Assembly (NCBI RefSeq): GCF_001186125.1
Contig: NW_014040253.1
Span: forward strand, 18,614-67,112
Origin: Sphaeroforma arctica JP610
Lineage: Eukaryota
Length of the DNA stretch: 48,499 bases
Reading direction: 5' to 3'
Below, one piece after another: positions 24,791 through 38,624 of this stretch (position 1 is its first letter; every line of letters starts with the position of its first letter). The translations under genes were made by a program, and so were the position numbers. Under the pieces are notes generated by a model that made no database searches, was not told the DNA's origin, and saw only the letters and a list, made by a program, of their open reading frames with translations.

Positions 24791-24849
24791 ACCACCGGCT
24801 CACTCCAATGGACTCGTTCCTCGACCGGAGCACTCCGCAACTGCATGAT

Positions 24850-25260
24850 CGGGTCAATGTGGTAGCCCAAATGCGACTGCATATCAGCCACAGGATTCAA
24901 CACACCCGGTATGTGCTTGAGTACTACGTCAAAGTCTCTCAGTACTTGGGCATAGCGGGCCATCCTCCGATCTCTCACCGACGAATCGTACGACAGCGGC
25001 TCCTTCGTCAGCATCGTGACTAGCGGTTCATGGTTCGTGTAGCTCGTGAGTGGATGTTGCGACCTCTTGACTATGTTCCATGACTTGTGTAAGCAGTACA
25101 TAATGGCAAGAGCCTCCTTATCCGTGATGTGGTAGCCTAACTGGGCAGGGCTGAACTTTGACGACCAGAATTCTACCGGGCAGAGCTTCTTTTCTCGTTG
25201 AGCAAACAGCCCACCCCTACAGGGTCGCACGCATCGCAGTACATCTCCAGCTTATCATCG
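24850..25260 (-). pseudogene. Ty3/Gypsy RNase H
   Basis: MYCDACDPVGVG; PVEFWSSKFSPAQLGYHITDKEALAI; YTNHEPL (TDH changed to TNH); LKHIPGVLNPVAD. Confidence 0.92.
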
Positions 25261-25299
25261 AACAGATGTTCAACCAAAACCCCCCTCTTGGCCACCTCA

Positions 25300-26223
25300 G
25301 CTCGGGTGCGTTTATATGCGTCCTGCTGGATCGGACCCCAAACAAAAGGGACATCCTTCTTGCTAAGATCTGAGATAGGTGCCATGATCCTGGAATAATC
25401 CGGAATGTACTGACTCCAGAATCCTATAGTGTGATACCAAGACCTTATCTGTGGGTGGGGGCATGCGTAAGATAGACTCCATCCGATCGTCGCTGATGGC
25501 CGAGCCACTCTCATCCACCAACCGCCCCAGCGCCAGAACTGCTCTGTCGGAAAAACCAAAACAGCACTTCCTCAGATTCAGCTTGACATTATGCTTCTTG
25601 CACGCGGCTATCAAGGCCTTGATGCTCGTCCAATGTCTCTTAGTATCATTGTCGGCCACACCCATATTATCAATATAGGCCTTAAGACTGTCGACACTTT
25701 GGAAAGCATGTTTCATTCGTTGCTGCATAACCCAAGACGCCGGCTTGATACCAAAATGCATACCCACAAATGTGCGCTTACTCCAAGGCGTCCAGAACGT
25801 CAAGAGATGCTGAGACCCCTCCGCAACCTTGAGCTGACAGAATCCTTGCCCACGATCAACCATGGTCTGATACTTCTTACCTCGTACCGCTGACAAGAAC
25901 TCTTGCTCCGTAGGCACAGGATATTCCTCACACTCCAACGTATCATTGAGCTTCTTAAAGTTTATACAACACCACCAGTCGTTGACTGACAATGGTACAA
26001 ACTCAGGTTTCTTAAAAACCATGTGCGGCATAGCACAATAGCCTTTTGCCTCAGCTTCCGATATCTCTCGGGTTATACCACCATGGTCCCAGTCACCAAC
26101 CTTCCCACCGAGCACCGTAGTGAAGGTAGGATCCTTGTTAGGGTGTACATTGTAGCACGGCTGCGACCCATCTTTCACTTTAAATTCAACTCCATGAAGG
26201 AAACGGATGTCGCCAAAGACCAC
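25300..26223 (-). pseudogene. Ty3/Gypsy reverse transcriptase, catalytically mutated
   Basis: WWCCINFKKLND, YPVPT, DRGQGFCQL, TFWTP, MHFGIK, YIDN (YxDD with D to N), LNLRKCCF, IGFWSQYIPDYS. Confidence 0.95.
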
Positions 26224-27862
26224 GAAAGTGGGGGCAGCCGCATTGTAAGCTACAGACCTTCAGCAGCACGCACGCCTTGTGCAGCTTATGTAACTGGGAT
26301 TGGTCGAACTCCAAATGCGCCTGTGGGTCCACTTCTTTGGCCGGGGATACCGTCGTCGCTCCAATGGGCATGTCAACCTCTGCTAACAAGTCATGCAGCC
26401 GTGGCAACACATACTCGTCTACATTGTCTAGCTCCGCCGTATTGGCCAAGTAATCCAGCCTCTTCTTGATATCCATAAAGTGCGCCTGCACTGAAGCAAT
26501 GTAGTTCTTGCGTTGCTGCTCCCTAAACTCATTCCTGTGGATCGCCCTCAAATCGAGATGGCTGCGCAGCGAATTGAGCTCAGGCTCTGCGGAATTCGCA
26601 CATCAAGTCTCCGCGTCTTGCATCGAAATTGTGTGCGCCGTGCTGTCGCCCGCTTACCCGGCGGGCTCAGCACTACCGGCTGATTATCATCTGCTGCCTG
26701 AGACTCCAGAAAGTCTATGACCTGAGTCTNNNNNNNNNNNNNNNNNNNNNNNNNNNNNNNNNNNNNNNNNNNNNNNNNNNNNNNNNNNNNNNNNNNNNNN
26801 NNNNNNNNNNNNNNNNNNNNNNNNNNNNNNNNNNNNNNNNNNNNNNNNNNNNNNNNNNNNNNNNNNNNNNNNNNNNNNNNNNNNNNNNNNNNNNNNNNNN
26901 NNNNNNNNNNNNNNNNNNNNNNNNNNNNNNNNNNNNNNNNNNNNNNNNNNNNNNNNNNNNNNNNNNNNNNNNNNNNNNNNNNNNNNNNNNNNNNNNNNNN
27001 NNNNNNNNNNNNNNNNNNNNNNNNNNNNNNNNNNNNNNNNNNNNNNNNNNNNNNNNNNNNNNNNNNNNNNNNNNNNNNNNNNNNNNNNNNNNNNNNNNNN
27101 NNNNNNNNNNNNNNNNNNNNNNNNNNNNNNNNNNNNNNNNNNNNNNNNNNNNNNNNNNNNNNNNNNNNNNNNNNNNNNNNNNNNNNNNNNNNNNNNNNNN
27201 NNNNNNNNNNNNNNNNNNNNNNNNNNNNNNNNNNNNNNNNNNNNNNNNNNNNNNNNNNNNNNNNNNNNNNNNNNNNNNNNNNNNNNNNNNNNNNNNNNNN
27301 NNNNNNNNNNNNNNNNNNNNNNNNNNNNNNNNNNNNNNNNNNNNNNNNNNNNNNNNNNNNNNNNNNNNNNNNNNNNNNNNNNNNNNNNNNNNNNNNNNNN
27401 NNNNNNNNNNNNNNNNNNNNNNNNNNNNNNNNNNNNNNNNNNNNNNNNNNNNNNNNNNNNNNNNNNNNNNNNNNNNNNNNNNNNNNNNNNNNNNNNNNNN
27501 NNNNNNNNNNNNNNNNNNNNNNNNNNNNNNNNNNNNNNNNNNNNNNNNNNNNNNNNNNNNNNNNNNNNNNNNNNNNNNNNNNNNNNNNNNNNNNNNNNNN
27601 NNNNNNNNNNNNNNNNNNNNNNNNNNNNNNNNNNNNNNNNNNNNNNNNNNNNNNNNNNNNNNNNNNNNNNNNNNNNNNNNNNNNNNNNNNNNNNNNNNNC
27701 CATTTGGAATATTCAAATGAATGCTATACAAATGGGTTTGAATTGATCCTTTCAATGTTATCTTTCGATTTGCCTGCCATGTGCGTATCTTGAGTGCGGC
27801 AGATATTAGGTTACCTCTACCATCACATACAATACAGTAACGACTCAATACATACATAACAG

Positions 27863-30052
27863 CTGAACGAAGATTTCCAAAACATCACCTTCACGGTGAT
27901 AGATGATGACTTGCTTATGGACGATAAGGTTGGATCAGTCAACTTTAACATAGAATCGCACAAACTGTTGCAAGGGCAGACGCATGAGGGCTGGTTCCCG
28001 TTGGATGGGGATGCACGCAATGGTAAGGAAAGTGCGTGTATGAATAGTATAGTAGTATGTGTGCGTTTACATGCCTCGTCGGATTATATAAACCTTTCGC
28101 AATCCCTCTCCTATGATCTAGAAATGCTTGGCAAAGAAATGTTTTGATTTTTGTGCCCTCTTCAAATACACGCACAGGTCCAATCGAATCCGCATATGCA
28201 GACATGTCACTATTCACGTATACTTTCTTTCATGCGGGTGTGTTTTGTTTGAGCGTATATGGACACAACCTAGACCCAAAACTCACACATAGATCCGCCA
28301 AAACGCGCACTTTTGCACAGACTATATAGTGCATATTCACGGTTCATTCACTTTTGTGGTTTAAAATAGTACAAGATATATCCCATCACACCAGTAGAAA
28401 CATAACACCTCACTGCACCTGAAGATCGACCTGACACTGGCCCCAACAATTTCCACCTAGTCCCGTACACACCCGTGCACACACACTTCGCGTGTATACG
28501 TTAGTATATACTACGGTCACATATTACAAGTTGATAGGGTGGCGTGTCTATAATGTAGATTATTCTTCAGTGCGAACCTTTATGTACTATACTTATATCC
28601 TGCACGTAGGCGAAATTTACCTGACACTGGCCTTCCGCGTGGCTGGCAGCGAGATCGATGTACCGAACTGTTACTTCGATGTACGCGAGAACTCCAAATG
28701 CACACTGTATCAAGATGCGCACCATGATGACGGCGACCTACCTACGCTGGTGAAGGCCAACGGAGAGGAATACGAGCACGGAAAGTGCTGGAGTGATCTG
28801 TACACAACCGTACAAGAGGCTGAACATTTCATTTATATTACGGTGGGTCATGCGTGCTGTTGAGGGTTGGTTCCGTAAATGTGCTGTTGTAGTGATAGTA
28901 CCACATCACTCATATTGCTGTGTCCCAGAGTGCTGTTAGTGCTTGTATACGCGAGGGTGCTGCTTAGGTAGTACCACGTCGTCTACGCCATGTTAGGTGT
29001 TGGTTTGTTCATGTGTAGCTGCGGTAGCATCATTGATTTTGTGCTGGTGCAATCTTGCTGTGCTTGTGGCTGTTGGTATTACATGGCTTAAGTATTTTTT
29101 TTTAATTTAGTGGGACAATGGGAGAGTCCTTTTAATCTATATAATAGGACAATGAGAGAGTCCTTTTAATCTATATAGTAGAACAATGGGAGAGTCCTTT
29201 TAATCTATATAGTAGGACAATTGGAGAGTCCTTTTAATCTGCATAGTAAGACAATGAGTGAGTTATTTGATTCTATCACCCGCACACACCTACTCATCCC
29301 ACGCGCCTAAATAAGTAAGCCTGATGCAAACACACTGAACTATACGCATACACTCACGGTTGCGTACAACCATAGGAACGGCCAGAATGGATTTACAGGT
29401 AGTACTGTCTCTGCTAGGCTTAGGCGAACTATCTCGTCAGCAACCGCTCACAACCGCGTCACCAAAAACTTTCATCTATAGCTATCCCGTATACGCGCTT
29501 CTAATTAAAAGCACGCGTTTACAATGGCGTACATAAATACAGGGATGGGCGGTGTGGATCAACACGGTACTGTGTCGTGGAGAGGGTGATGATTCCACCA
29601 GCTTGGGCCAACTTTTACGACAGAAGGCGGCTCAAGGCGTAAAGATTTGTCTGTTGGTTTGGAATGAGAAGACCACTTTGCAGAAAGGAGAGTTTGTGCT
29701 GAACGGGATGATGGGCACACACGATGAGGACGTATGTGCTCCCACTCCAAACGTGTCTCTGTACATGTTGTGTATTGTATCTACCTGTATTTCGTTGTCA
29801 GTCCTTGTTTGTACTCAGTTCACGATTAAATATAGTATCATATATTTGCCTACGTGTTATGTATAGCATGTACCTGTATTTCAGTGCTTGACCAGGTCCG
29901 TATATAGCACCACCACAAAGGCATGTGCTTGAATTTATCTGCAACCCAGAACACAATCATGATAGTCTAACTGACGATCGTTTAGGTGCTGAAAACTGCT
30001 GCGCACTATATGTTACATATATATCTGCTTGCAATGCTTGCATATGTATATA

Positions 30053-30104
<52 letters not shown>

Positions 30105-32331
30105 GAGTTTATCTGTAAATGGTAATATCCGTGTATAGTGCGTATTTTTTTTATAGCTTTTGAACTACAATGGCGTTTTCTTGTTTGTATGAATGATGGA
30201 TGAGCATGACGCAGAAATGCAGAAAAATCAATCGACTCACATTTCTGCAGAAATGCAGAAATACCGATCGACTCACATTTCTGCAGAAATGTTTTGTGTT
30301 TCTTCTGATGTGAATCAAAACAGGGGAATTTAGAATTAGCTATCCATACGACGTACAAAGTAAGCCCCCACCCACCAGCACTGTAAATTCGCGTGTTGTT
30401 TGCGAGGTAGTCCGAGGGTGTGTGTGCACGCAACCAACAGCTTGGCTATATCAACGCATTTGAAGGTATCACATAGAATCCCATTCAGGCTTGATTTCGT
30501 GGATCTGTTCGAATATCGTACACCAATACCGACCTGGCAACACAGCAGACATGGGTGGTTCGGATGAGGTGAAGCAGATCGAGGTCTTCGAGAACATCAA
30601 GTGTGAGCTACTAACACACTGCGTGCCCTAGGGAACAACTGCGCGCTTTGTTTTTACGTACCATTGAAAACTTGTTGATGGTGTATCCCATTTACATTCA
30701 TTCGTCAATGTGTTGTTACATACATCTCCTCATATCACACAATGCTACTAGATTAAACTATACCACAGACGCGACTGTTTTTGTAAAAGACTTTGGGGCC
30801 TACGAGTATACCAAGTGCAAGCCAGCCACCTGCTACGCATCTCGGAAAGCGCACGCATACCTTGTTGTATTTTGCGCGCCACAAAAATTCAATCAATACG
30901 ATACAAATATTCACGGATGTGTGTGAAATAAAGGTGTGCAGGTTCTGACGTCTGACACACAATCATATGACATCCCTCCCACACCGCAGACGCGCGTGTT
31001 TTTTGAGGAGGAGTTCGAGGGCTACAAGAATGTCAAGTGCAAGCTAGCCACACGCTACGCATCTCAGGGTGCGCTGACACAGTTTGTGTTCACTCATCAC
31101 CAGAAGTCGGTGATATGTGACAGTCCCTGTGCCGAATATCCCGACAGAAAGCGCACTGTGGCGTTTATGGGTGGTATAGATCTGTGCGATGGTAGGTACG
31201 ACACACCCAAGCATCCCATTTATAGAACACTGCAGAGCATACACAAAGACGACTACCACCAGGTCTGGCCGGGCATTACACAGGAACATGGGCCAAGGCA
31301 ACGTAAGTGTGCAGTGTGTGTTAAATTGGGGTGGAGGTGAGTAGTACGGGTCTGAGGGCTTTGCTTGTCATTTGCCGCCCCCCAATCAGTCTAAGAACAG
31401 ATTCATGTGCATTGTATCACAAAAATGTGCACAATCAATCCGACGACCTAGTACCTAAACTCGAGAAGATACCCCATAGTTTAATTCTAGATATATATGG
31501 GGAGTATGCATTCTCATAGCCTGGTTGTGAGCAGTATGCATATGCTCGTGTATGTGATTGTAGCTGTAATAGCTATACTTCTTTTTACACCTATGCTCAA
31601 ATCGCTCAAAAGAATGCATACAGCTGCACATTTAAATGATTTTTGTGGGTTCTTTCATCGCACAGCGTGGCACGATATACACAGCAAAGTAGAGGGCCCT
31701 GCAGCCCTGATGGTCAAGACAAACTTTGTAGATCGATGGTATGGACATCTATCTCGACACTAGGATTCGTGTCTTCGGGGTTTTATATCTAGGCTAATAT
31801 GTGGCCTCAAAGTGTTACGGCTGAATCTATCTTATGCCCCTGCTGTACTGCTTGTATCGAGCATGGTGTAGTTGCTATATCTAGTTGGTATATTCCCGTA
31901 GCGTTTGAAACGTATGTTCATCTTTGCACGTGTACAAGCAAGGAGTCATATGTGTTCAATGTGTAAATATCTGACCTGAAACATGTGCAAGGAGGGGTCT
32001 GTATTGATATACTTACATCGGCCAACAATACTACAGCCTTTGTGCAATTGAATGTCACCACCTACAAGTTCGATACTGACAGTTTTTATGCACGATTTTT
32101 TATTCAGGCACGAACAAGGCAGTAAATACCTGGCATTTCTCAAGGTGGGTATCTAGTCTTGTGTGTATATATGTATTTGTAGACGTATCCATACACAGAC
32201 AGACGTCTGTATGAACTCTTAGAATTGAAAGTTGCGGTGGTTGTATTTATGGTTATGAAGCACACGATCTATCTACAAAAACTCAACGTCTGTACACAAT
32301 CCATTTGTGTGAGATACTGATATATATATAT

Positions 32332-32393
<62 letters not shown>

Positions 32394-35300
32394 ATGTATG
32401 TATGTATGTATTTATATGTATATATGTATATATGTGTATATATATAGGTTTTACACACTTCGATCTGGACTTATCAATTCTCTTTGTTTGCGTGTGATTA
32501 GGTATGGAGAGACGACGATGGGCCCATGTTATCAGAAGAAGAGGAGGGCACACTTTACGCAGAGGATCCGGAGAGATGGTCAGCTCAACTTTTCAGGAGC
32601 ATTGATGGCAGCAGTGCTCGTTTCCCCAACCTGAGTTTTGCCGAGCAGTTACAGGAACAGTTACAAGAGATTGGCAAGCACCATGTAGAGAATAGCATCC
32701 ATACAGGTGAGGTTTTAGTACATTTGTGTGTGTGTTTTGTATTTGCAATGGTGTGTGTGTGTGAGTACGTGTATGTTCGTAGTAGTCATACACGTGTGCT
32801 TGTTTGTATACATGCATACATGAGCTTGAACGGTATCAATAGTAGAAGACAATATCATGGCCTGAGCTGCATTGAAATTAATAAGGTGCTATGGCCCGGA
32901 GATTATCGGATGTCACTTAGATTCTAAATTAGCATATCTGTACCTGTATACGTGTCGGAAATTGGGCTATATCTGTGTGTACAGGGAGGAAATTGTTCTT
33001 CTAAAAGCCATGTGATCTGCTGTTCTCATCTCGACAGCAAGCACATCCCTATATTCTATCAATTTGTTCTGTGTATTCTTTTGCATCAAATAGGAAGGTG
33101 GCTTCATAATAATGTACCGTAGCATATCAAATCTCAATCGACTGCGCACTATAGATTGATGTATCTACATAGTCGACTTGTACCATAGATTCGTATACCC
33201 ACGGTGTACCTGTTTATGGTTATGGATCGAAGTGTTTCCGTGCTGGAATTGTCGTTTAGTTGCTTTCCAGTTCTCAATCACTTACGTACCGTAATATCAT
33301 ACAGCCATGGTACACCACATAAGGCGTGCTGAGCGGTTCATATACATTGAGAATCAGTACTTCATTGGCTCCGCTCCACACTGGAATGAGCAACAGAATT
33401 CAGGTGCGATAAATCAGGTCCCGGCCGAACTTGCGATTAAAATCTGCCAAAAAATCGCGGCCGGCGAACGCTTTGCAGTGTATATCCTCATTCCCCTGTT
33501 TTGTGAAGGGTGGCCAGAGGAAGCGGCACCCAATGAAATCATGTTTTATCAGGTAAGAAACGTTTCTGTTCTGTATAGTATATGAACCTGTACACATTGA
33601 TATCCATCTACACATTGATATCAATCTACACATTGATGTCCAATGCTGTATACCGCTATTAAATAAAGTGATCCGTCAGAAAGTTACGAAGATAGATCCG
33701 TGGACCAGGAAGTCTGGCTTTGGCATATAAGTGTATTGTTTGCGGTGCAAAGGTGTAGACGCTGTGAGGGCACAATATTCGACTCGCCAATTCATTACCG
33801 CTCTTTTTTTTGGCTTGTTTGTGATTCCAGTAGAATAGGGATTTATGTACTGAGAAGTGTGTACTGGTCAAATTGAGGTCAAATACCATTGTTCATTATA
33901 ACAATGCGATATGTTTTGGGCATTAGTTGTCTACAGAGTCTGAGTGTCGTTTATGTTTTCTGTGATCAGATTGACCGTCAAAGGCTAAGTTGCTATCACG
34001 AGCAGGTATCAAGTCCAAGCTATGTATAGTCATTTGTGTTATTTTCTATGTCAGCACGACTACAACACATGCGTAAACCACTCGTCACTACAGTGATACT
34101 TCTCTATACATAAACCTACCTATGAATTTACTCTCACGAACATACACAGTAGTAAATACTACATACACATACTTTAGTATACACAGGTCAGCTTAACTAA
34201 CACTGCCCACATCACAATATCTACGGCACTCTAGTTTTTGACGTTCGAGTTCATGTACAAATGGATTGGTGAGGCTATTCAACGCGCAGGCAGTGACGCA
34301 CACCCCAAGGACTACTTAAACGTCTTCTGCCTGGGCTGTAGAGAAACAGGTATGTGCAGATAGTGTGCTATGGTTTTACGTTTGCACTTAGTCGCAACCA
34401 CAAACGTCTCAGAGTAGTACGCAGAGATGAGGTGCGAAGGGCTGGTCCCATGCAAAAGCGTGTGGGTCAGTGGGTAGAACAGCGAATGTATATGCTTACC
34501 CATTCTACGGTTTACGGTAGTCCCTATATACCCATGCACATCTGTGCAATGGAACAGCGAATGTATATGCTTATCCTTTTTTACGGTATACGGTAGTCGA
34601 TATATACCCATGCATATCTGTGCGGTAGAACAGCGAATGTATATGCTTCTCCTTTTTACGGTATACGGTAGTCGATATATACCGATGTATATCTGTGCGG
34701 TAGAGCAGCGAATGTATATTCTTATCCTTTTTCGGTATACGGTAGTCGATATATACCCATGCATATCTGTGCATAAATTGATCAGACGGATCGCATGCTA
34801 TGCCCTGCTCCCCAATATCGCCCGCTGTGACCTACCTGGTTGTGCATATACCCATTTTGTTTTTGTTGTGTCCTTTACTATATAATCTTTATTTCTATGT
34901 GCAGCTTATCTATCTGGAATTTTAATTGTGTGCACGTAATGTATATAACAGTTATACTTTCCTGCACATTGTTCTTGTATACATAACTTAGTTATGCTAT
35001 CTACGCTTGCGTATGATATGTGTCGTAGTTGCGCAAACATCCATTCACAGCTTATATACGTGTATATATATTTCGACATTTACAATCATTGCATAATCTG
35101 TTGTCTGCTAGCGCGGCTGTGCTCGTTGTGGTGTTTCGATGGCCTCACGTTGTGTGATATCCCGAAATCACAAGGTTGTTGTTTGTCCGTGCATGTCTAC
35201 TAATAATAATCTCAAGCCAGGAGGCCCTTACTAATACGTGCACATCAGATTTGTACTTTTTTTGACTATCGTCTCACTTTGCTGCGTATGAATGCATGAA

Positions 35301-38183
35301 TATGTATGTACATGTTTGTACTTGCGTTTAAATGTGTCTACCTGCACTTGTGTATGTACGTATACGTGTATTTATACATCCACTTCCCTTTGTTCCTGTT
35401 CTGTGCCTATGCGTCCATACAGAAGAAGGCTCTGATCACACGGCAGATCTAAGGAGCTGTCCGCCCGCGAGCCTCCAGGCAAAAATCAACGCATCTCGAC
35501 GGTACATGGCGTATGTACACTCTAAGATGATGATTGTTGATGATGAATACGTCATGGTTGGATCGGCAAACATCAATGAGGTGTGTTCGCTGACGTGTGG
35601 TGTTCGGCCACTTCTATCGGCTGTGAAACTCAATCCGCCTACATATGTATGTGTGTATAGACGTGTACATCTGTGTCAGGAACGAACCGATTTTTTATTG
35701 GTCCCGGTAGATATACAGCGAAAGGTTGTATTTGCACAAGTAACAAGACGATACTTATCACCATTCTTACGACGCAATTTTGTGACATATAACTGAAAAT
35801 AGTTAGTATACTGTGTCGTGGATACTATACTTCCTGTATATGATATAGTTTCGTGGCCCAGGACAACATGATACTTTGCCCTGCTATGTACTATATTGCC
35901 TCTCCCCATTCTGATATGGTGCAGGAACTAGAGCATTACAATAATAAGCGATTCACATAATTCAGTATATCTCAAGTTATTCGACATCATGCCGCCTGGC
36001 CATGCAGACCCAATTCATTGTCTACCATTATTTATCTTCGAATTAATAGCACCCATGGGGTGTCCTCACGACTGAAAGTGATATGTATTGTAACTGGTTG
36101 ATACTACTTTGTGGTGTTGTTTAGAGCTTCAACTCCCTCGAAGATCTTGCTCACATTTCACCACTCTTCTTTTGTATCTGTGTCTACTGTACCATCGCAG
36201 CGCTCCCTGGCTGGTGATCGAGATACCGAGCTGTGCATGGGTAAGCATATGTGTTCTATATATTATGTGTATTCTTGAAGCTGGGTACTGTATCTTCAGA
36301 AGATCAACGTGTTCTGTGGCGTTGTCATGCTGTCTGCTCCGGATTTGGGCTTTGTATTAGGTAGTGTTCAAGCTGTGAATTACACGCACGGGATGTAAAG
36401 TCCGATAGCTTGGGCCCACGTTGTGCCTTGTTTGTGCAAATTTCAATCTGCACTACCGGAGTGTGAATGCCAACCAATATTGAGTTTTCACTATGTGACG
36501 GTACTGTCATACTATCGTATGCCAATATCACGAACTATTTGGTGGAAAGTGTAGATACATGTCCGGGTGCAGACTCCTAGTTCAAGCACTTTTGTGTTGT
36601 AGGAACGCTGCGACGTCAAAATGTACCTTACACGTATTCAATTTCAATACAAATCCATCCGGATAAAACTCAACAATTCAGGGTTTAAATAGTTGTTGGG
36701 GAAGATAACTTGCCAATTGTGATAGCCACCCCTAACCCCAAGTCCTCAACTTCTTCCGTTGGTAGGTATGTATCAACCTAACTACCGGAGGGAAGAGAAC
36801 AATGAGTTACCCAAAGGCGACGTGGCGTGCTTCCGCAAAGCACTCTGGTGCGAACACGCGAGCTCCGTCGCAGACGAGAGCGATGTGTTAGACCAGCCAG
36901 ACTCCATGGAGTGTGTGAAGATGATGCGGGTGAGTTCGTTGGCATTTACGGGTGTGATTGTACTGTGTCGCACTGACAGTGGTTGTTTATTGGTGTATAT
37001 GTGTAGTTTGGTGTGGAACCGTGGAAGTTTCTGTTCGTACTGTGATAGCAAATGTAGGCGTGTATATTTAGTATCTAGTTTACACATATTCTGGTTGCGT
37101 GGAAATTTTACTCTTTTTTCAATATGATGAACCCACATATGTATTAATAGCGATGAGAACGAACACTATATCTGAATCGAGCATCGTCAGCTTGTGATTG
37201 CTAGTGATGGCTTCGTGAGCAGTATATTCCATGTGCGGTAACCCGTAGTAATGGTCAAAATATAGCTCGGTCTTTGTTCTGTACATTGGGTACATTGGGT
37301 CTACGGTACAATAGATTTTTATGGAGATTGCGTGAGTGACATGTATCTGTCATTGAGTTGCGTCTACAGCTATTCTTAACTTCGAATCTTCTAGTTTTAG
37401 GAGTTTTAGGCCTCGCTTATGCCATATTTTTGCTTCGGAGTTGGAAATGGTATACAAAAAAGGTTTATTCAGTCTATCCATTCCAGAGGAAGTGAATGAG
37501 ATCGTGATGATAGATAAGAAGTTCTCCAACAATTCCAGTATGATAAATTGACGACATCGCAAAGCATTCGAATTTGCACTTTTGTTACTTTGGCATTGCT
37601 CGCCTCGATCGTATCTTGCGAAAGCTTAGAATAGCAAACCAGATTTTATTCTTGGCATATTCTTCCAGAAAATACTAGCGTGTATTCGTCTGTATGAATC
37701 GAATTCGCAATTCTAAGAACGCTCTACAAGTAAATACACGCATAAACTTATTCAAGAGCATATTTATCGGGCCTTTGGACGCATTATATCCATTCTCATG
37801 CGTACGTTCACATACATGTATGTATGTCACACCAATGAGTGTACTATATCCATCCGTCTGTGCTTGTGAATGACTTTGTTTGCCTAGAACAACCCTGTAT
37901 TGAGCTTAAAAGCGCGATGTAAACCCATTTTAGCTTTTGCGACTATTCCTAAGTATGTGCACCTACCTACCAACCTCGCTCACAGAAACGCGCCGATGAG
38001 AATTGGGCCAAATACAGCGGCGACGAGGTTGTAGACATGGAGGAACATCTGATGACGTATCCATTCAACGTAGCGAGAAATGGGAAAATAGCCATCATTC
38101 CTGGCCAGGAAGACTTCCCTGATACGAATGCCCGGGTGCATGGCAAATGCTCTGGTACTATGCCTGATATTTTGACCACTTAA
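27863..38183 (+). CDS. PLD: Phospholipase D, plant-type C2-PLD (alpha/beta/gamma/delta-like); N-terminus missing or in the gap
   Basis: 13 phase-consistent exons: 27863-28022, 28610-28842, 29543-29731, 30990-31302, 31666-31738, 32108-32144, 32502-32706, 33305-33552, 34235-34349, 35423-35580, 36201-36240, 36766-36929, 37986-38183 (710 aa). Motifs: C2 end (FTVIDDD..EGWFPL), LYQDAH, FIYITGW, HKD1 ([10 protein letters not shown]), [47 protein letters not shown]2 ([20 protein letters not shown]), PLD_C ending PDILTT*. Confidence 0.96.
29112..29275. repeat. 34-bp tandem repeat, ~4-5 copies, in a PLD intron
   Basis: GGACAATGGGAGAGTCCTTTTAATCTATATAGTA units. Confidence 0.9.
30390..30890 (+). pseudogene. 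Decayed tandem duplicates of the 5' part of the PLD HKD1 exon
   Basis: 30549-30680 reads [30 protein letters not shown]; 30769-30890 reads [33 protein letters not shown]; the true exon reads [35 protein letters not shown] shorter third trace lies at ~30390-30420. Confidence 0.8.
32320..32446. repeat. (TA)n/(TG)n/(TATG)n microsatellite (another at 30042-30102)
   Basis: Directly visible. Confidence 0.95.
34472..34772. repeat. ~75-bp tandem repeat, 4 copies, in a PLD intron
   Basis: GAACAGCGAATGTATATGCTT...ACGGTAGTCGATATATACCCATGCATATCTGTGC units. Confidence 0.92.
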
Positions 38184-38431
38184 TAGATAATTATCGTAAA
38201 GGTTGTTTGATTTTTTATGGCTAATTTCCGAGAGTATGCTGTTCGATTTTTGATGGCTGGTTTCTGGGAGAATTTTGTTGATTTATTTATAGTGCTGGTT
38301 TCTGGGAGTATATTGCATGTATGCTCATTGTTATGTCATGCAAGTCTAGACGGGTGACCAGCATTCAGTACCACGAGGCAAGTAAGAGGCCTTGATGTTT
38401 TTCTATTGTGGTTGGGTCCTTGCCCATTGAT

Positions 38432-38624
38432 GAGGCGAGTTGGCTCACTGCAATCTGAGGGACGAGCTGACGTGCAAATGTATGCTGCTGACTGGTGGCA
38501 TTCCACTAAGTATCTAACAATGCATGGGATCGAGGTGAGTGGGCTCATTGCAATATGAGGGAAGGTCTGACGTGTGAATGTATACCGCTGACTGTTGAGA
38601 TTCCATTACGTATCTAACAATGCA
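38432..38624. repeat. ~100-bp imperfect tandem duplication downstream of PLD
   Basis: GAGGCGAGTTGGCTCACTGCAAT...TATCTAACAATGCA occurs twice (38432 and 38532). Confidence 0.85.

Larger units (their letters stand above)
21896..26729 (-). mobile_element. Element 2: Ty3/Gypsy chromovirus-like LTR retrotransposon with order RT-RH-MTase-INT-chromodomain; 5' end lost in the gap; disabled copy
   Basis: Recognisable pol domains in Gypsy order on the minus strand with stops and frameshifts; PPT and 3' LTR at the low-coordinate end. Confidence 0.92.

Noticed and set aside
21896..26729. Classifying element 2 as DIRS because of the MT domain
   Set aside because: It has an HHCC/DDE integrase, GPY/F, chromodomain and PPT-LTR, with no tyrosine recombinase visible.
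26629..27857. Long ORFs of 338-380 aa (and those at 780-1295)
   Set aside because: They consist mostly of N-gap codons.
32269..32553. ORFs rich in YIYI/HTHT (also 29925-30433 and 3456-3665)
   Set aside because: Translations of intronic microsatellites.
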